Origin: Cetorhinus maximus
Taxonomy: Eukaryota
Direction of reading: 5' to 3'
Assembly: GCF_964194155.1 (NCBI RefSeq)
Contig: NC_135898.1
Coordinates: forward strand, 13,454,001 to 13,518,000
DNA length: 64,000 nucleotides
Both the position numbers and the translations under genes were made by a program. This document shows, in pieces, positions 14,701 to 26,744 of the stretch (its first letter is position 1; every line of letters begins with the position of its first letter). The notes under the pieces were generated by a model. It was not told the DNA's origin, ran no database searches, and saw only the letters and a program-made list of their open reading frames with translations.

Positions 14701-17700
14701 ACAGCAAGTTAATGTAAAAATAGGGAAGTAATGTTCCTGTGCCCGATTGATATTCAGATGATTTCTGCTAGAAGTTTCAATGTGTAGTGTCAAGAAGGAC
14801 CGCCGGATTCAGCACAGCCATGATTCCATCTATGGTTGAGCAGCCTATCGACCCTTATTATCTAGAGTAATTACTTGATCAATCACAGAAAGATTTTTGA
14901 AATCCATTGAATCATATGGCCACTTTCAAAGGAAAAATAATCTCACCTCGCACTTCATGTCATTCGCTCCGTACGTGATGTTGCTCAAGTTCTGCTCAAT
15001 GGTTTTGTACGAGTGCTTTCTCCTGTTTTGTTTCTGAGCGCCTTTTGTGTTCTGACCTTCAGAAGACTCAGGATTTACCTCTTTACACAGAAAACAGTCA
15101 TTGTATGTTAAAACACACAGGTGGATAGTAAAATTTATAAAAAGCAAACAAAAGCTTTTCCCAAATCATAATTAATATCACAATTCTAAATTTATATTTT
15201 TATGCAAGGGGACAGGAGGAAAGAAATCTAATATTCCACATTATGATAGGACTTTTCTCTCACCTTGATGCAACTAGGTGTTGAGCAATAATAAAACTAA
15301 GCTTTCATTTTAAATGAGGAGAAAAAAAGATGTATATTTGCAGTTGCTCACCAGCACCTTGCTCTTCAGTGTTCTTTCCCAGGCCCCCCAGGATCCTGAA
15401 CACGTCTAAATGAACTGCATCCACTCTCACAGCATAGATCTTAGTACTAGCATCCAACGTGCCAGCTGCCATCTGAAATCAGTTATAAAGTCCCAGCTTA
15501 ACAAATTGGTGCGATAATGCAAGTTAGTTCTGTGAGCTATTTGCAAAATAGATTAAATTGCTATTTTCTGTTCAGTCTAATCTTCTGTGCCATTGGGGAG
15601 ATGCAGCATAGACTGGGTGACGGCTTTCAGAACACCTCTGTTTGGTCCACAAGCATGGCTGCCGAGCTTCATAGAAACATAGGAACAGGAACATTCAACC
15701 CCTTGCGCCTGGTCTGACATTCAACTAGATCATGGCTGATCTTCTGCCTCAACACCATTTCCCCACACGAACCCCGTATGCCTTGATATCTTTAATATCT
15801 AGAAATCTATTTCTTGAATATAGCCAAAAACAGCCTCCACAGCCCTCTGGGGTAGAGAATTCCAAAGATTCACCACCTTCTGAGTGAATAAATTCCTCCT
15901 CATCTCAGTCCTCAATGGCCTACCTCTTATTACCTCTTCAGATCACATGTCATTTTAATTCTCCATTCTTCTCCCACTCTGACCTTTCTGTCCATGCCAT
16001 GCCAGCGTTCCAATGATGATCAATGCAAGCTCAACGAACTTAGTCTTTCATCTAGGCCCTCTACAGCCCTCAAGACTCAACATTAAGTTCAACAGCTTTA
16101 GATCAGAACCCCTGCCTCCATCTTTTTCTATGTTTTTAGTTTATTCATTCATGGGAGGTTGGTGTCACTGACAAGGCCAGCATTTATTGCCCATCTCTAA
16201 TTGCCCATGAGAAGGTGGTGGTGAGCTGCCTTCTTGAACCACTGCAGTCCACATGGTGTCAGTACACCCACAGTGCTGTTAGGGAGGGAGTTCCAAGATT
16301 TTGACCCAGCAACTGTGAAGGAGCGGCGATATATTTCCAAGTCAGGATGGTGAGTGGCTTGGAGGGGAGCTTGCAGGTGATAGTGTTACCATCTGCCTTT
16401 GTCCTTCCAGATAGTAGTGGGTGTGGGTTTGGAAAGTGCTGTCTAGGGATGCTTGGTTTGTTCCTGCAGTGCATCTTGTAGATGGTACACACTGCTGCCA
16501 CTTTGCATTGGTGGTGGAAGGAGTGAATGTTTGTGGATGGAGTGCCAATCAAGTGGGCTGCTTTGTCCTGGATGATGTCAAGTTTCTTGAATGCTGTTGG
16601 AGCTGCACTCATCTAGGCAAGTGGAGAGTATTCCATCACACTCCTGACTTGTGCCTTGTAGATGATGGACAGGCTTTGGGGAGTCAGGAGCTGAGTTACT
16701 CGCCACAGGATTCCTAGCCTCTGACATGCTCTTGTGGCCACAGTATTTATATGTATAGACCAGTTCTGGTCGATGGTAAACCCCAGGGAATTCAGTGATG
16801 GCAATATCATTGAATGTCAAGGGGCAATGGTTAGATTCTGTCCTGTTGGAGATGGTCATTGCCTGGCACTTGTGTGGCGCGAATGTTACTTGCCACTTGT
16901 CAGCCCAGGCCTAGATACATTTGGGCATGGACTGCTTCATCAACAAACATACCCGCTTCTGACCTTATGATGGAAGGAAGATCACTGATAAAGCAGCTGC
17001 ATATGGTTGGGCCTAGGAAACGACCCTGATGATTTTTTTATATGGCTCATTCCTTTCTTTATCCCTTGATGTTGCATTTAAATGGCTGTTATATAGCCAT
17101 TGACACCTCACCTCGACAACTATCTTTACTGTACCCATTACCATTGTCTTTGGCTTTTGCACCATTAAATCTTGATTAGTTAATGTCTCCTGCCCACCAC
17201 CCTATCACAGACCTTCCCTTTTATTCTTCCTGCCCCCTCTCCGGTCCTACTGACTTAAAAACTCTGATACTTCTATCCTCCATCTGTTCTGATAAAAGTT
17301 CATAGACCTCAAGTGCTAATTCTGTTTCTCTCCACAGATGCTGCCTGACCTGCTGAGTACTTCATCTAGCTCTTTCTTAACTGGAGCTCTTGTACTTTTG
17401 TGCTTCAAAAGTGGACTAGACTTGCAATGAACTTGATAGAGCTTAAGCAAATAACTTGCTCATTGTGTCTCAACTGAAACTGTGAAGCCAAGGTGCAGTG
17501 TAGACTGAATCTGGCAGATAAAAATTCCTGCTTTAGGTCACAGGAAGCCCAAGTAGAGAGGTCACCAGAACAGAGAAGGCAGGGAAAATTAAAAATATAT
17601 TATAACTCATACAAAACTTGCATGCTGTTGAATCGTAAGCCTTCTCCTTTCATTAGATTAAAACAGCAGATTCAAAAATCTGCTCTCTGAGGCATTTGCA

Positions 17701-20700
17701 ATAGCTAACATCACAGCACACAACTCAAGCGCTTACCCTTCAAATCGGTAACAGAAGCCGATTGATGAGATGCATTCCAAACTAGAGAACTAGAGTTAAT
17801 AGAGATCATTCACAGTCACAGTGAAGATGAAGTTGCAGAGGTCTAAAAGGATGTTCTGGCCTCGAGCAGTCACAGGAGAGATGTTATTAGAACAACTGAA
17901 TAAGATCTGATGTATTGTATGCCTTTCTAACCTTGAAATTGGTGAGTTCAGATTCCTTCTCTTTGAGGAGGTCAGCCATGTAATCAATCAAGTGAAGACC
18001 AAATGCATTCTTTGTGGTGATTTTCTACGAGAGTCACAGAATAAATAATGCAATTAGACTGTATTGCTGCAAATTCAAGTCTGTTGCAGACTCCTTTTCA
18101 TGTTCAATGTTGTCAGTCACTTCCTTAAGTGGCCTGGGTGCCTAATTTTTAAATAAAACTTGACTCCCACTGCCTTATACCTGTGCAGTGGCAGGACCCA
18201 GGAATGTAACAATCAAACTCCATTGAGATCTGAACTGGATCTCCATGCCACGGGCACTTCTTCAACCTCTCCAAACGGTAGCTTGAGTTAACTTTCATTG
18301 GAGCCAGCTGCTGCTTGACTGACACAATAACTTTAATAGCATTTTTCCAAACCCCGAGCAAGTTCTTCAACACCAAGGTACTAGCTATCTTTCTGAATGA
18401 CCAGTTTTGTCAGCATATTGGCCATAGTTTTGTAAAGAAGCATCACCTCATCTCAGAAATCAATTACAGTTCATTTGTCTCAAAATCCACAATTTACCAC
18501 TGAGTTATCTTGAAAAGCTTTAGGAAAGCTTTTATTAAAGAAAACATATTTTAACATTGCACATGTAAAAGTCCTTCATGTGGAACAATAGACAAAAAAA
18601 TCCAAAACTGTAACAAGAATTTTGTCACATCAGTGTTTGACAGGATGAATTACGGTGATTGCTGCTGTGTATGCAAAACAACCACGATGCTACACCAGCA
18701 TTACTCTGCAAAAAAGGCTAGAAATAAACAGCAGGACTCCGGGTATAAAACTGAAACCTTAATCTGCCATCTTTCAGACACTGACAGACCTGCTGGGTAT
18801 TCCCAACATTTTCAGTTTCACAGAATCACAGTGCAGAAGAGGCCCTTCGAGTCAGCACCAACACGTGAGAAACACCTGACCTACCTACCTAATCCCATTT
18901 ATCAGCCTTGTTTATTTCATGTTTTTAAGATAAATGACTAGTTAAGCTGAAAGACGAATGTTGGGCAGGACAGATGGAGAGCGCTCTGGTTTTTGCATCG
19001 CTTTTATCACCTGAATGGGTAAATGTGGTCTTGAGCCTCACTTCTGAGAAAGCAGCAACACTTGATTAGAATTCCAATCAAGTGGCAGCCTAGATTATGC
19101 ACAAAGGATGATCCTTTCAAAGTGATTCAACAAGTTCTCGGTTATTCTAGGTACAAGACCCAAGCGTGTAAGAAGCCCATTTTCTTTTCTAAATCGGAAT
19201 CATTTTAACATTGCAAAGGAAAAAACAATTCAATTCTGAAATGAGAACAAAGGTCAGCGCTACTTACATTTTCAGAGCATAGTTTGATGCAGGTAGAATA
19301 ATGTTCAGATATCTGATTATTTGATAGCTTGGCTTCAAAGGATTGTGGGGTCCCCCTGTAACAATGAGTGACAGTCAGAATGAGTTAGTTCAATGTACAG
19401 GAGCTGCTCATCCACAGCTCATCTTTCAGCCAAACCTAGGCAGAAGAATCATGATGTTTTTTATTCATTCACGGGATGTGGGCTTCGCTGGCTGGGCCAG
19501 CATTTATTGCCCATCCCAAGTTGCCCGTGAGAAGGTGGTGGTGATCTGCCTTCTTGAACCACTGCTGTCCATGTGGTGAAGGTAGAGCCACAGTGCTGTT
19601 AGAGGGGGGAGTTCCAGGCTTTTGACCCAGCAACAGTGAAGGAACGGCGATATATTTCCAAGCCAGGATGGTGAGTGACTTGAAGGGGAACTTTCAGGTG
19701 ATGGTGTTCCCATCAATCTGCTGCGCTTGTCGTTCCAGATGGTAGCGGTTGTGGGTTTGGAAGGTGCTGTCTAAGGAGACTTGGTGAATTCCTGCAGTGC
19801 ATCTTGTAGATGGTACACACTGCTGCTCCTGTGCGTCAGTGGTGGAAGAAGTGAATGTTTGTGGATATGGTGCCAATCAAGCGGGCTACTTTGTTCTGGA
19901 CAGTGTTAAGCTTCTTGACTCTTGTGGGAGCTGCACTCATCCAGGCAAGTAGAGAGTATTCCATCACACTCCTGACTTGTACCTTGTAGACTGTGGACAA
20001 GCTTTGGGGAGTCAGGAGGGGAGTTACTCACTGCAGGATTCCTAGCCTCTGAACTGCTCTGGTATCCACAGTATTTATATGGCTAGTCCAGTACTGTTTC
20101 TGATCAATGGTAACCCTCAGGATGTTGATATTGGCAGATTCAGCAATGTCATGGGGAGATGGTTGGAGTCTCTTGTTGGAGATGGTCATTGCCTGGCACT
20201 TGTGTGGCGCGAATGTTACTTGCCACTTGTCAGCCCAAGCCTGGATATTGTCCAGGTCTTGCTGCATTTGGACATGGACTGCTTCAGCATCTTAGGAGTC
20301 AAAAATGGTGCTGAATATTGTGCAATCATCAGCGAACATCCCCACTTCTAACCTTATGATGGAAGGAAGGTCATTGACGAAGCAGCTGAAGATGGTTGGG
20401 CCGAGGACACTACCCTGAGAGAACTCCTGAAGTGATGACCTGGAGCTGAGATGACTGATCTCCAACAACCACAACCAACTTCCTTTGTGCTAGGTGTGAC
20501 TCCAACCAGTGGAGAGTTTCCCCCTGATTCCCATTGACTCCAATTTTGCTAGGGATCCTTGACGTCAAATGCAGCTTTGATGTCAAGGGCAGTCACTCTC
20601 ACCTCACCTCAAGAGTTCAGCTCTTTTGTCCACATTTGAACCAAGGCTGTAATGAGGTCAGGAGCTGAGTGGCTCTGGCGGAACCCCAACTGGGCATCAG

Positions 20701-21919
20701 TGAGCAGGTTATTGCTGAGCAAGTGCCGCTTGATAGCACTGTTGATGACCCCTTCCATTAATTACTTTACTGATGATGGGACAGTAATTGCCTGGGTTGG
20801 ATTTGTCCTGCTTTTTGTGTACAAGACATACCTAGGCAATTTTCCACATAGCTGGGTAGATGCCAATGTTGTAGCTGTACTGGAACAGCTTGGCTAGGGG
20901 CGCGGCAAGTTCTGGAGCACAAGTCTTCAGTACTATTGCCGGAATATTGTCTGGACCCATAGCCTTTGCACTATCCAGTGCCTTCAGCGGTTTCTTGATA
21001 TCACGTGGAGTGAAATGAATTGGCTGAAGACTGGCATCAGTGATGCTGGGTACCTCTGGAGGCGGCCGAGATGAATGATCCACTCGGCACTTCTGGCCGA
21101 AGCTTGTAACAAATGCTTCAGCCTTATCTTTTGCACTTACGTGCTGGCCCCCCCACCCCGAGCTATTTGTGGAGCCTCCTCATCCAGTGAGTTGACTGGA
21201 TGTGGCAGGACTGCAGAGCTTAGGTCTGATCCTTTGGTTGTGGAATCACTTAGCTCTGTCTATCGCTTGCTTCTTTCACTGTTTGGCACACAAGTAGTCC
21301 TGTGTTGTAGTTTCACCAGGTTGACACCTCATTTTTAGGTATGCCCGGTGCTGCTCCTGCCATGCCCTCCTGCACTCTTCATTGAACCAGGGTTGATCCC
21401 CCGGTAGAGTGGAGGATATGCCGGGCCATGAGGTTACAGACTGTTTTCGAGTACAATACTTCAGCAATGTCAGTTACCTATACTGTATAAACATGCTATC
21501 GTAATTGGGAAGGACCCCAGAAGATTCTAGGGCTTAAGTAGGAGGAAAAAATAAATCAAAGGCAGTCAGTTATAGAGGAATGAGGCCTACATGGCAGAAA
21601 GCAAAGGATTTCCACACCTGACTATCCAAGGGTCCTTCCTGAAAAGTGAACTTACATGCATGTTCAGTAAAGACAAAAATAAATGGAGCAATAAACCCTA
21701 CCTTTGCACTGGGGATACCAGTGGGCTCTCTGTCCCACTTAGCTGCAAGTCAGTCACCTTTGAGCGCCTCCTCTCCCTCCTTTCACGTTCATCATCATTT
21801 GGTGCAACATCCATTTTTACAGAGGTCTTTAGGCTCTGAATTGCCTGTCGTCTTGTAGCCGGAGAAACAAAAACATGGTCAGCAGTGCCCACTCGGGACA
21901 CTGATGTCGAAGTATCCAT
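5750..21919 (-). CDS. NCAPH: Condensin complex subunit 2 (CAP-H, barren kleisin), complete CDS: 17 coding exons, 2115 nt, 704 aa
   Basis: Exons on -: 21919-21702, 19355-19268, 18024-17932, 15472-15352, 15080-14947, 14386-14197, 13116-13028, 12516-12308, 12051-11903, 11412-11312, 10438-10316, 9507-9400, 9312-9160, 8748-8635, 7485-7397, 6056-5981, 5809-5750. All phases join in frame. Kleisin motifs: [103 protein letters not shown]. All introns are GT-AG except one GC-AG. Confidence 0.96.
7588..8143. mobile_element. GC-rich MITE-like insertion splitting a SINE
   Basis: The SINE sequence stops at taacatagg (about 7587) and resumes at aggaaatgtggcagc (about 8144). Internal hairpin AAGTGGCCT-TTAAT-AGGCCACTT near 8050-8072. 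Confidence 0.5.
15935..17365 (+). mobile_element. Old Penelope-like 3' fragment (GIY-YIG C-terminus plus pLTR), split by a LINE at about 16135-17030
   Basis: 15940-16110 resembles the ...CHFN...QRKL...LG.LQP.GLN..FN.FR coding tail. 17280-17360 is a decayed pLTR (gttctgataa...tctctccacagatgctgcctgacctgctgag). Confidence 0.65.
16135..17030 (-). mobile_element. CR1-group LINE 3' fragment, same family as 19457-21461
   Basis: [15 protein letters not shown] and [14 protein letters not shown]; collinear with 19457-20410. Further fragments at about 1230-1350, 6580-7030 and 27325-27605. Confidence 0.85.
19457..21461 (-). mobile_element. CR1-group LINE remnant (ORF2 RT and 3' tail), degraded
   Basis: Fragments [49 protein letters not shown]...[31 protein letters not shown]. 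3' tail ...cccacatcccgtgaatgaataaaaaa. Confidence 0.88.
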
Positions 21920-22403
21920 TTTGTCCTGTAAGAAACAAATACGAGATAAGAACATCAAGGCAAAGTAGTGTCAAAAACTAATGTAAAAATACAACATGCA
22001 TGAAATACTCTCCACTGTCCCCTACACCTGCTTCCCTGCTCAAGCAGGAAAGATCTGGCATTTTACTCCAAAATCTCAGAGTATTTTCATACATGTATTA
22101 GTTGACAAAGGAAATTTATCATTAGTTCTATATGTATTGTACATTTGAATATGATTTTCACAAACAGACCATGCCTGGTTATGGTCTGATTGTTGTTATG
22201 TTTGGTCTCCCTCCTTCAGCTTTTCAATTTTTCTTCTCATCTTCTCATTTCTCACTTCTATATTTTGGGCTGAGCGTCAACTCGCAGACGTTTCCTCCTA
22301 CCTCTCCCTGGACCATGACCCCACCACAGAACATCAAGCCATTGTTTCCAGGACTGTCACTGACCTCATCTCCTCTGGAGATCTTCCTCCCACAGCTTCC
22401 AAC

Positions 22404-24011
22404 TTGATAGTCGCCCAACCTCGGACGGCCCGCTTCTACCTCCTACCCAAAATCCACAAACAGAACTGTCCTGGCAGACCGATCATGTCAGCCTGTTCCT
22501 GCCCCACGGAACTCATTTCTCGTTATCTTGACTCCCTTCTCTCTCCCCTTGTCCAGTCCCTTCCCACCTACATCCGTGATTCCTCTGACACCTTACGTCA
22601 CATCAACAATTTCCAGTTCCCTGGCCCCAACCGCTTCCTCTTCACCATGGATGTCCAATCCCTCTACACCTCCATCCCCCACCAGGATGGTCTGAGGGCC
22701 CTTAGCTTCTTCCTTGAACAGAGGCCCCAACAATCCCCATCCACCATTACTCTCCTCCGTCTGGCTGAACTTGTTCTCACACTGAACAATTTCTCCTTTA
22801 ACTCCTCTCACTTCCTCCAAATAAAAGGTGTGGCTATGGGTACCCGCATGGGCCCCAGCTATGCCTGTCTCTTTATGGGGTATGTGGAACATTCCTTGTT
22901 CCAGTCCTACTCCGGCCCCCTCCCACAACTCTTTCTCCGGTACATCGATGATTACTTCGGTGCTGCTTCATGCCCTCGTCGGGACCTGGAAAAATTTATT
23001 AATTTTGCTTCCAATCTCCACCCCTCCATCATCTTCACATGGTCCATCTCTGACACTTCTCTTCCCTTCCTTGACCTCTCTGTCTCAATTTCTGATGATA
23101 GACTGTCCACCAATATCCATTACAAGCCTACCGACTCCCACAGCTACCTTGACTACAGCTCCTCACACCCCGCTTCCTGTAAAGACTCCATCCCATTCTC
23201 TCAGTTCCTTCGCCTCCGTCGCATCTGTTCTGATGACGCTACCTTCAAAAACAGCTCCTCTGACATGTCCTCCTTCTTCCTTAACCGAGGTTTTCCATCC
23301 ACGGTCGTTGACAGGGCCCTCAACCGTGTCCGGCCCATATCCCGCGCATCCTCCCTCACGCCTTCTCCTCCTTCCCAGAAACATGATAGGGTCCCCCTTG
23401 TCCTCACTTATCACCCCACCAGCCTCCGCATTCAAAGGATCATCCTCCGCCATTTCCGTCAACTCCAGCATGATGCCACCACCAAACACATCTTCCCTTC
23501 ACCCCCCTTGACGGCATTCCGTAGGGATCGTTCCCTCCGGGACACCCTGGTCCACTCCTCCATCACCCCCTACTCCTCAACCCCCACTTATGGCACCTCC
23601 CCATGCCCACGCAGAAGATGCAACACCTGCCCCTTCACTTCCTCTCTCCTCACCGTCCAAGGGCCCAAACACTCCTTTCAAGTGAAGCAGCATTTCACTT
23701 GCATTTCCCCTAACTTAGTCTACTGCATTCGTTGCTCCCAATGCGGTCTCCTCTACATTGGAGAGACCAAACGCAAACTGAGCGACCGTTTTGCGGAACA
23801 CCTGCGGTCTGTCCGCAAGAAAGACCCAAACCTCCCTGTCGCTTACCATTTTAACACTCCACCCTGTTCTCTTGCCAACATGTCTGTCCTTGGCTTGCTG
23901 CATTGTTCCAGTGAAGCCCAACGCAAACTGGAGGAACAGCACCTCATCTTCCGACTAGGCACTTTACAGCCCTCTGGGCTGAATATTGAATTCAACAACT
24001 TTAGATCTTAA
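22404..24011 (+). CDS. Penelope-like RT/GIY-YIG ORF (N-terminally truncated, no internal stops)
   Basis: 535-aa ORF in the track. The frame stays open upstream to the insertion junction (AERQLADVSSYLSLDHDPT...). Confidence 0.85.
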   Translation: MIVAQPRTARFYLLPKIHKQNCPGRPIMSACSCPTELISRYLDSLLSPLVQSLPTYIRDSSDTLRHINNFQFPGPNRFLFTMDVQSLYTSIPHQDGLRALSFFLEQRPQQSPSTITLLRLAELVLTLNNFSFNSSHFLQIKGVAMGTRMGPSYACLFMGYVEHSLFQSYSGPLPQLFLRYIDDYFGAASCPRRDLEKFINFASNLHPSIIFTWSISDTSLPFLDLSVSISDDRLSTNIHYKPTDSHSYLDYSSSHPASCKDSIPFSQFLRLRRICSDDATFKNSSSDMSSFFLNRGFPSTVVDRALNRVRPISRASSLTPSPPSQKHDRVPLVLTYHPTSLRIQRIILRHFRQLQHDATTKHIFPSPPLTAFRRDRSLRDTLVHSSITPYSSTPTYGTSPCPRRRCNTCPFTSSLLTVQGPKHSFQVKQHFTCISPNLVYCIRCSQCGLLYIGETKRKLSDRFAEHLRSVRKKDPNLPVAYHFNTPPCSLANMSVLGLLHCSSEAQRKLEEQHLIFRLGTLQPSGLNIEFNNFRS

Positions 24012-24365
24012 ACTCCCCCTCCCCCCATCCCCACCCCGTTTCTTTTCCCCCCCACCCGCTTTTTTTTTCAATAATTTATATAGATTCTTCTTTCCCCACC
24101 TATTTCCATTATTTTTAAATCTAAAACTAAAACCTTTAGTCTTTCCACCCCACCCCCACTAGAGCTGTACTTTGAATATCCTGTATTCCATTCTTAATTA
24201 GCACTTTTCTCAGACAAAGACCACCACCTTCAACACCTCTTTGACCCTTTTGTCTCTGACATCTTTTGATTATCTGCTCACACCACACCCTCAATGTGTC
24301 TCTTCCCCCCCGCCCCCCACCCACCTTAAACCAATTTATATTTCTCCCTTGTTGAAACTATGCTG

Positions 24366-24406
24366 CAGTTCTGCCGAAGGGCCATGGAGGCTCGAAACGT
24401 TAACTG
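24366..24406 (+). ncRNA. Hammerhead-like motif with variant core (CUGCCGA) in the pLTR of the intact Penelope copy
   Basis: CAGUU-CUGCCGA-A-GGGCC(AUGGA)GGCUC-GAAA-CGUU-AACUG. Stems I and II are intact; the core has A6>C. Confidence 0.6.
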
Positions 24407-25005
24407 ATTTCTTCTCCGCCGATGCTGTCAGACTTGCTGAGTTTTTCCAGGTAATTCTGTTTTTGTTTTGTTTTGGATTTCCAGCATCCGCAGTAGCTTT
24501 TAGCTTTTTATTTTTATCTATATTTTGGGTGTTCGGATGCTCCAAAATCAAGTTTCACTCTCTCCCATCATATGAATGCTTATTTAGCACATTGATGCCA
24601 AAACACAAAAGTTTTTGACATACTTCCCATGGTAATACTTTTGATTTATCTACATTGCTTCTACACTTACAGATATCTCTGTAAGTAGCAGTGTGTCATG
24701 CAGCTCAGACACCAACCAGTAATGCAATAAGACATGGGAACCGAAACGACTGAGATCCCTGTCAATTTAACTCAATTCTGCGTGGCTATTTCTCATTCAC
24801 CTTTCGTGGGCCTGGAGTTTTGGGAACGGATTGTTGCAGCAGTGATCGAGAAATCACAGATTGAAACAGGAAGGCATCTGCAGTCGACACAAGGCACCTT
24901 AATTGTGGTTCAAAAGGTGGGACAGAAGGTTTTGGCTGCAGGTTGGGTGCCTGGTCCACTCCAGCCTTGATTGACTGCTGACACGCGCCGCCCGGTATTT
25001 GATAA

Positions 25006-25372
25006 CAGGGTTGCCAACTGTGATTAAATGTATTCTTGGAGGTTTCATCACATGAACTTGCCCCCAAGCTCCAGCCATCAGTCGGCCAACACATCCATCC
25101 TTGTTCCACATTGCCTTCCTACGCCAATTGGAAGGTTAAAAAGACTCATAATCCAGTTGGATGATGTTTGACTGTCAGCCAAACAGCCTGGGTTTTCCCA
25201 TTTCAATATTTTTATCTCTGGTAAAGAGAAATGTTCGAAGAGAAAATTCAAAAATCTGTTTTTGTATCTCTCTGATTTTTTTTTCTCCCGGGTTGCACAC
25301 ACGAAAGTGACCTGGAGATTGATCTTCGATTCCTGAGGATCGCAGGTCAATCCTGGAGGGTTGACAACCCTA
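25006..25372. mobile_element. Non-autonomous DNA transposon (hAT-like MITE)
   Basis: Imperfect 13-bp TIRs CAGGGTTGCCAAC / GTTGACAACCCTA; TSD not recognisable. A similar end (TAGGGTTGCC) occurs near 13749. Confidence 0.55.
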
Positions 25373-25439
25373 CGACATACAAGGTCCTTTCAAACATTAA
25401 AAGGCAGTGTGTGTGAGTGACAGACAGAGACAGGCCTAG

Positions 25440-25900
25440 TTTTCTCCACCCGCCCGACTCCGACATGCGAACAAAAAAAAAGCCTCAGATCGCATGGGCC
25501 CCGCACTGACCTGGCACCTGAGGCGCTCTTGGGTAGATGGCCGGTGTCTCCGACGCCGTTTTACCCCACCCGGCGGGGCTCGATCCCGAATTTTCCTCGG
25601 TTTTTCACTTTGCGGATATCCGTTACCTGAATCAAAATTCAAAATTTCGCGCGGCTCGACTATGCGCACGCGCGACTCTCCGTGGGGGGGAGGGGGCGGT
25701 TACTCGGGTGTGTTTACGCACGCGCAGCTCCCCGGAGGAGCGGACGTTGTCTGCGCGCGCACGCGCGGCTCCCTGGCAGACTCCTTGTGTCTGCGCATGC
25801 GTGGTCTCCGAAGGCCGCGGCGGTGGTTGCGCATGCGGAACTCTGAAAGCGTCTGCAGCCAGTGAGCGGAGTTCACCCGATGGATGAGAGGAAAGCATTT
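25440..25900 (-). promoter_or_regulatory. CpG-island promoter and non-coding first exon of NCAPH
   Basis: Densest CpG stretch in the window. Minus-strand donors TCAG|GTAACG (exon end 25627) and CCAG|GTCAGT (25511). E2F-type TTTCGCGC at 25645-25652, CHR TTTGAA on - at 25638-25643, NRF1-like TGCGCATGCG at 25792-25801 and 25828-25837. Confidence 0.8.
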
Positions 25901-26744
25901 TACTGGGGTAAACTGGTGGTGAATTACGAAAGACTTTTCCCCCCGTACGCCATCGTTCTTTTACAATGTTTGTCTGGTTAACATTAGAAACCCATTACCG
26001 AAAGGTGGATAAGGAGGGCCATTGTGTTCATCCATATCAACCCCCTCAGACCTTACATGCTCTCCTTTCGTTACAACATCCAATTAAATAAACTGGGCCA
26101 TCTGGGAATCCATTCCACTCTGTGTGAGAAGATTTTCCTGCCACTGGGCCTAAATTTCCTGACACCAATTTTAAAATGTGTCCCATAGTTCTACCCCACA
26201 CAATTTAATCTATAGTAGTATTCAGGTTTAGTTTTTACCCATTCCAGTTTTTAACCACTTCTCAGATGCCTCCATTCAAAGCTGCGTCAAGAAGACAGTG
26301 GCTGTGATGACTTCCAGAAGGCATTTAGTTGGTTCCACTCAACAGATAATGAGCAAATTCTTTGCGTGCATGGAATTGGAGGTAGCCTTTTAACTTTGCT
26401 TGGAAATCAGTTGGGAGGTAGGGGAATGGAGATAAAGGATCTGACTAGTGGGATGTGACAATTGGTGTTTCACAGGGATCTGTTCTGGAGTCTCAATTTT
26501 TCAACATATTTATTCATGAATTGGGTGAAGAGTTGTATATCAAAATTTGCAGATGATATTTCAGGATGGAAAGTAAGTAGTGCAGTTGGGAGCAAGAAGT
26601 TGCAGAGGAATATAGACAGATTATGCAACTGGCTGAAACAATGGCATGGAATTTAATGCAGACAGGTCTCCAGTTTGGATGAGACAGACAAATCAAAATA
26701 TTTTCCAAGTCATGAGAGACTAGGTTCTGTTAAGATGTTTAAAA

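Larger units (their letters stand above)
22270..24516 (+). mobile_element. Penelope-like retroelement (RT + Cys-rich linker + GIY-YIG endonuclease, Neptune-like), 5'-truncated, young; in NCAPH intron 1, antisense to the gene
   Basis: Uninterrupted frame 22269-24011. RT motifs FYLLPKIHK, GRPI, TMDVQSLYTSIP, GVAMGT, RYIDDYF, LPFLDL; linker CPRRRCNTC; GIY-YIG NLVYCIRCSQCGLLYIGET..RFAEH..E..GLN. 13-bp TSD TCTATATTTTGGG at 22257-22269 and 24517-24529. Confidence 0.93.

Noticed and set aside
22593-23942. Long overlapping alternative-frame and antisense ORFs in the Penelope copy (e.g. 22828-23511, 227 aa; similar ones at 60437-62457)
   Set aside because: Shadow ORFs caused by the C-rich, stop-poor codon bias of the RT frame; no independent motifs.
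25436-25898. Arg/Gly/Ala-rich ORFs on both strands
   Set aside because: Expected artefact of a CpG island. The same applies to 51802-52361.
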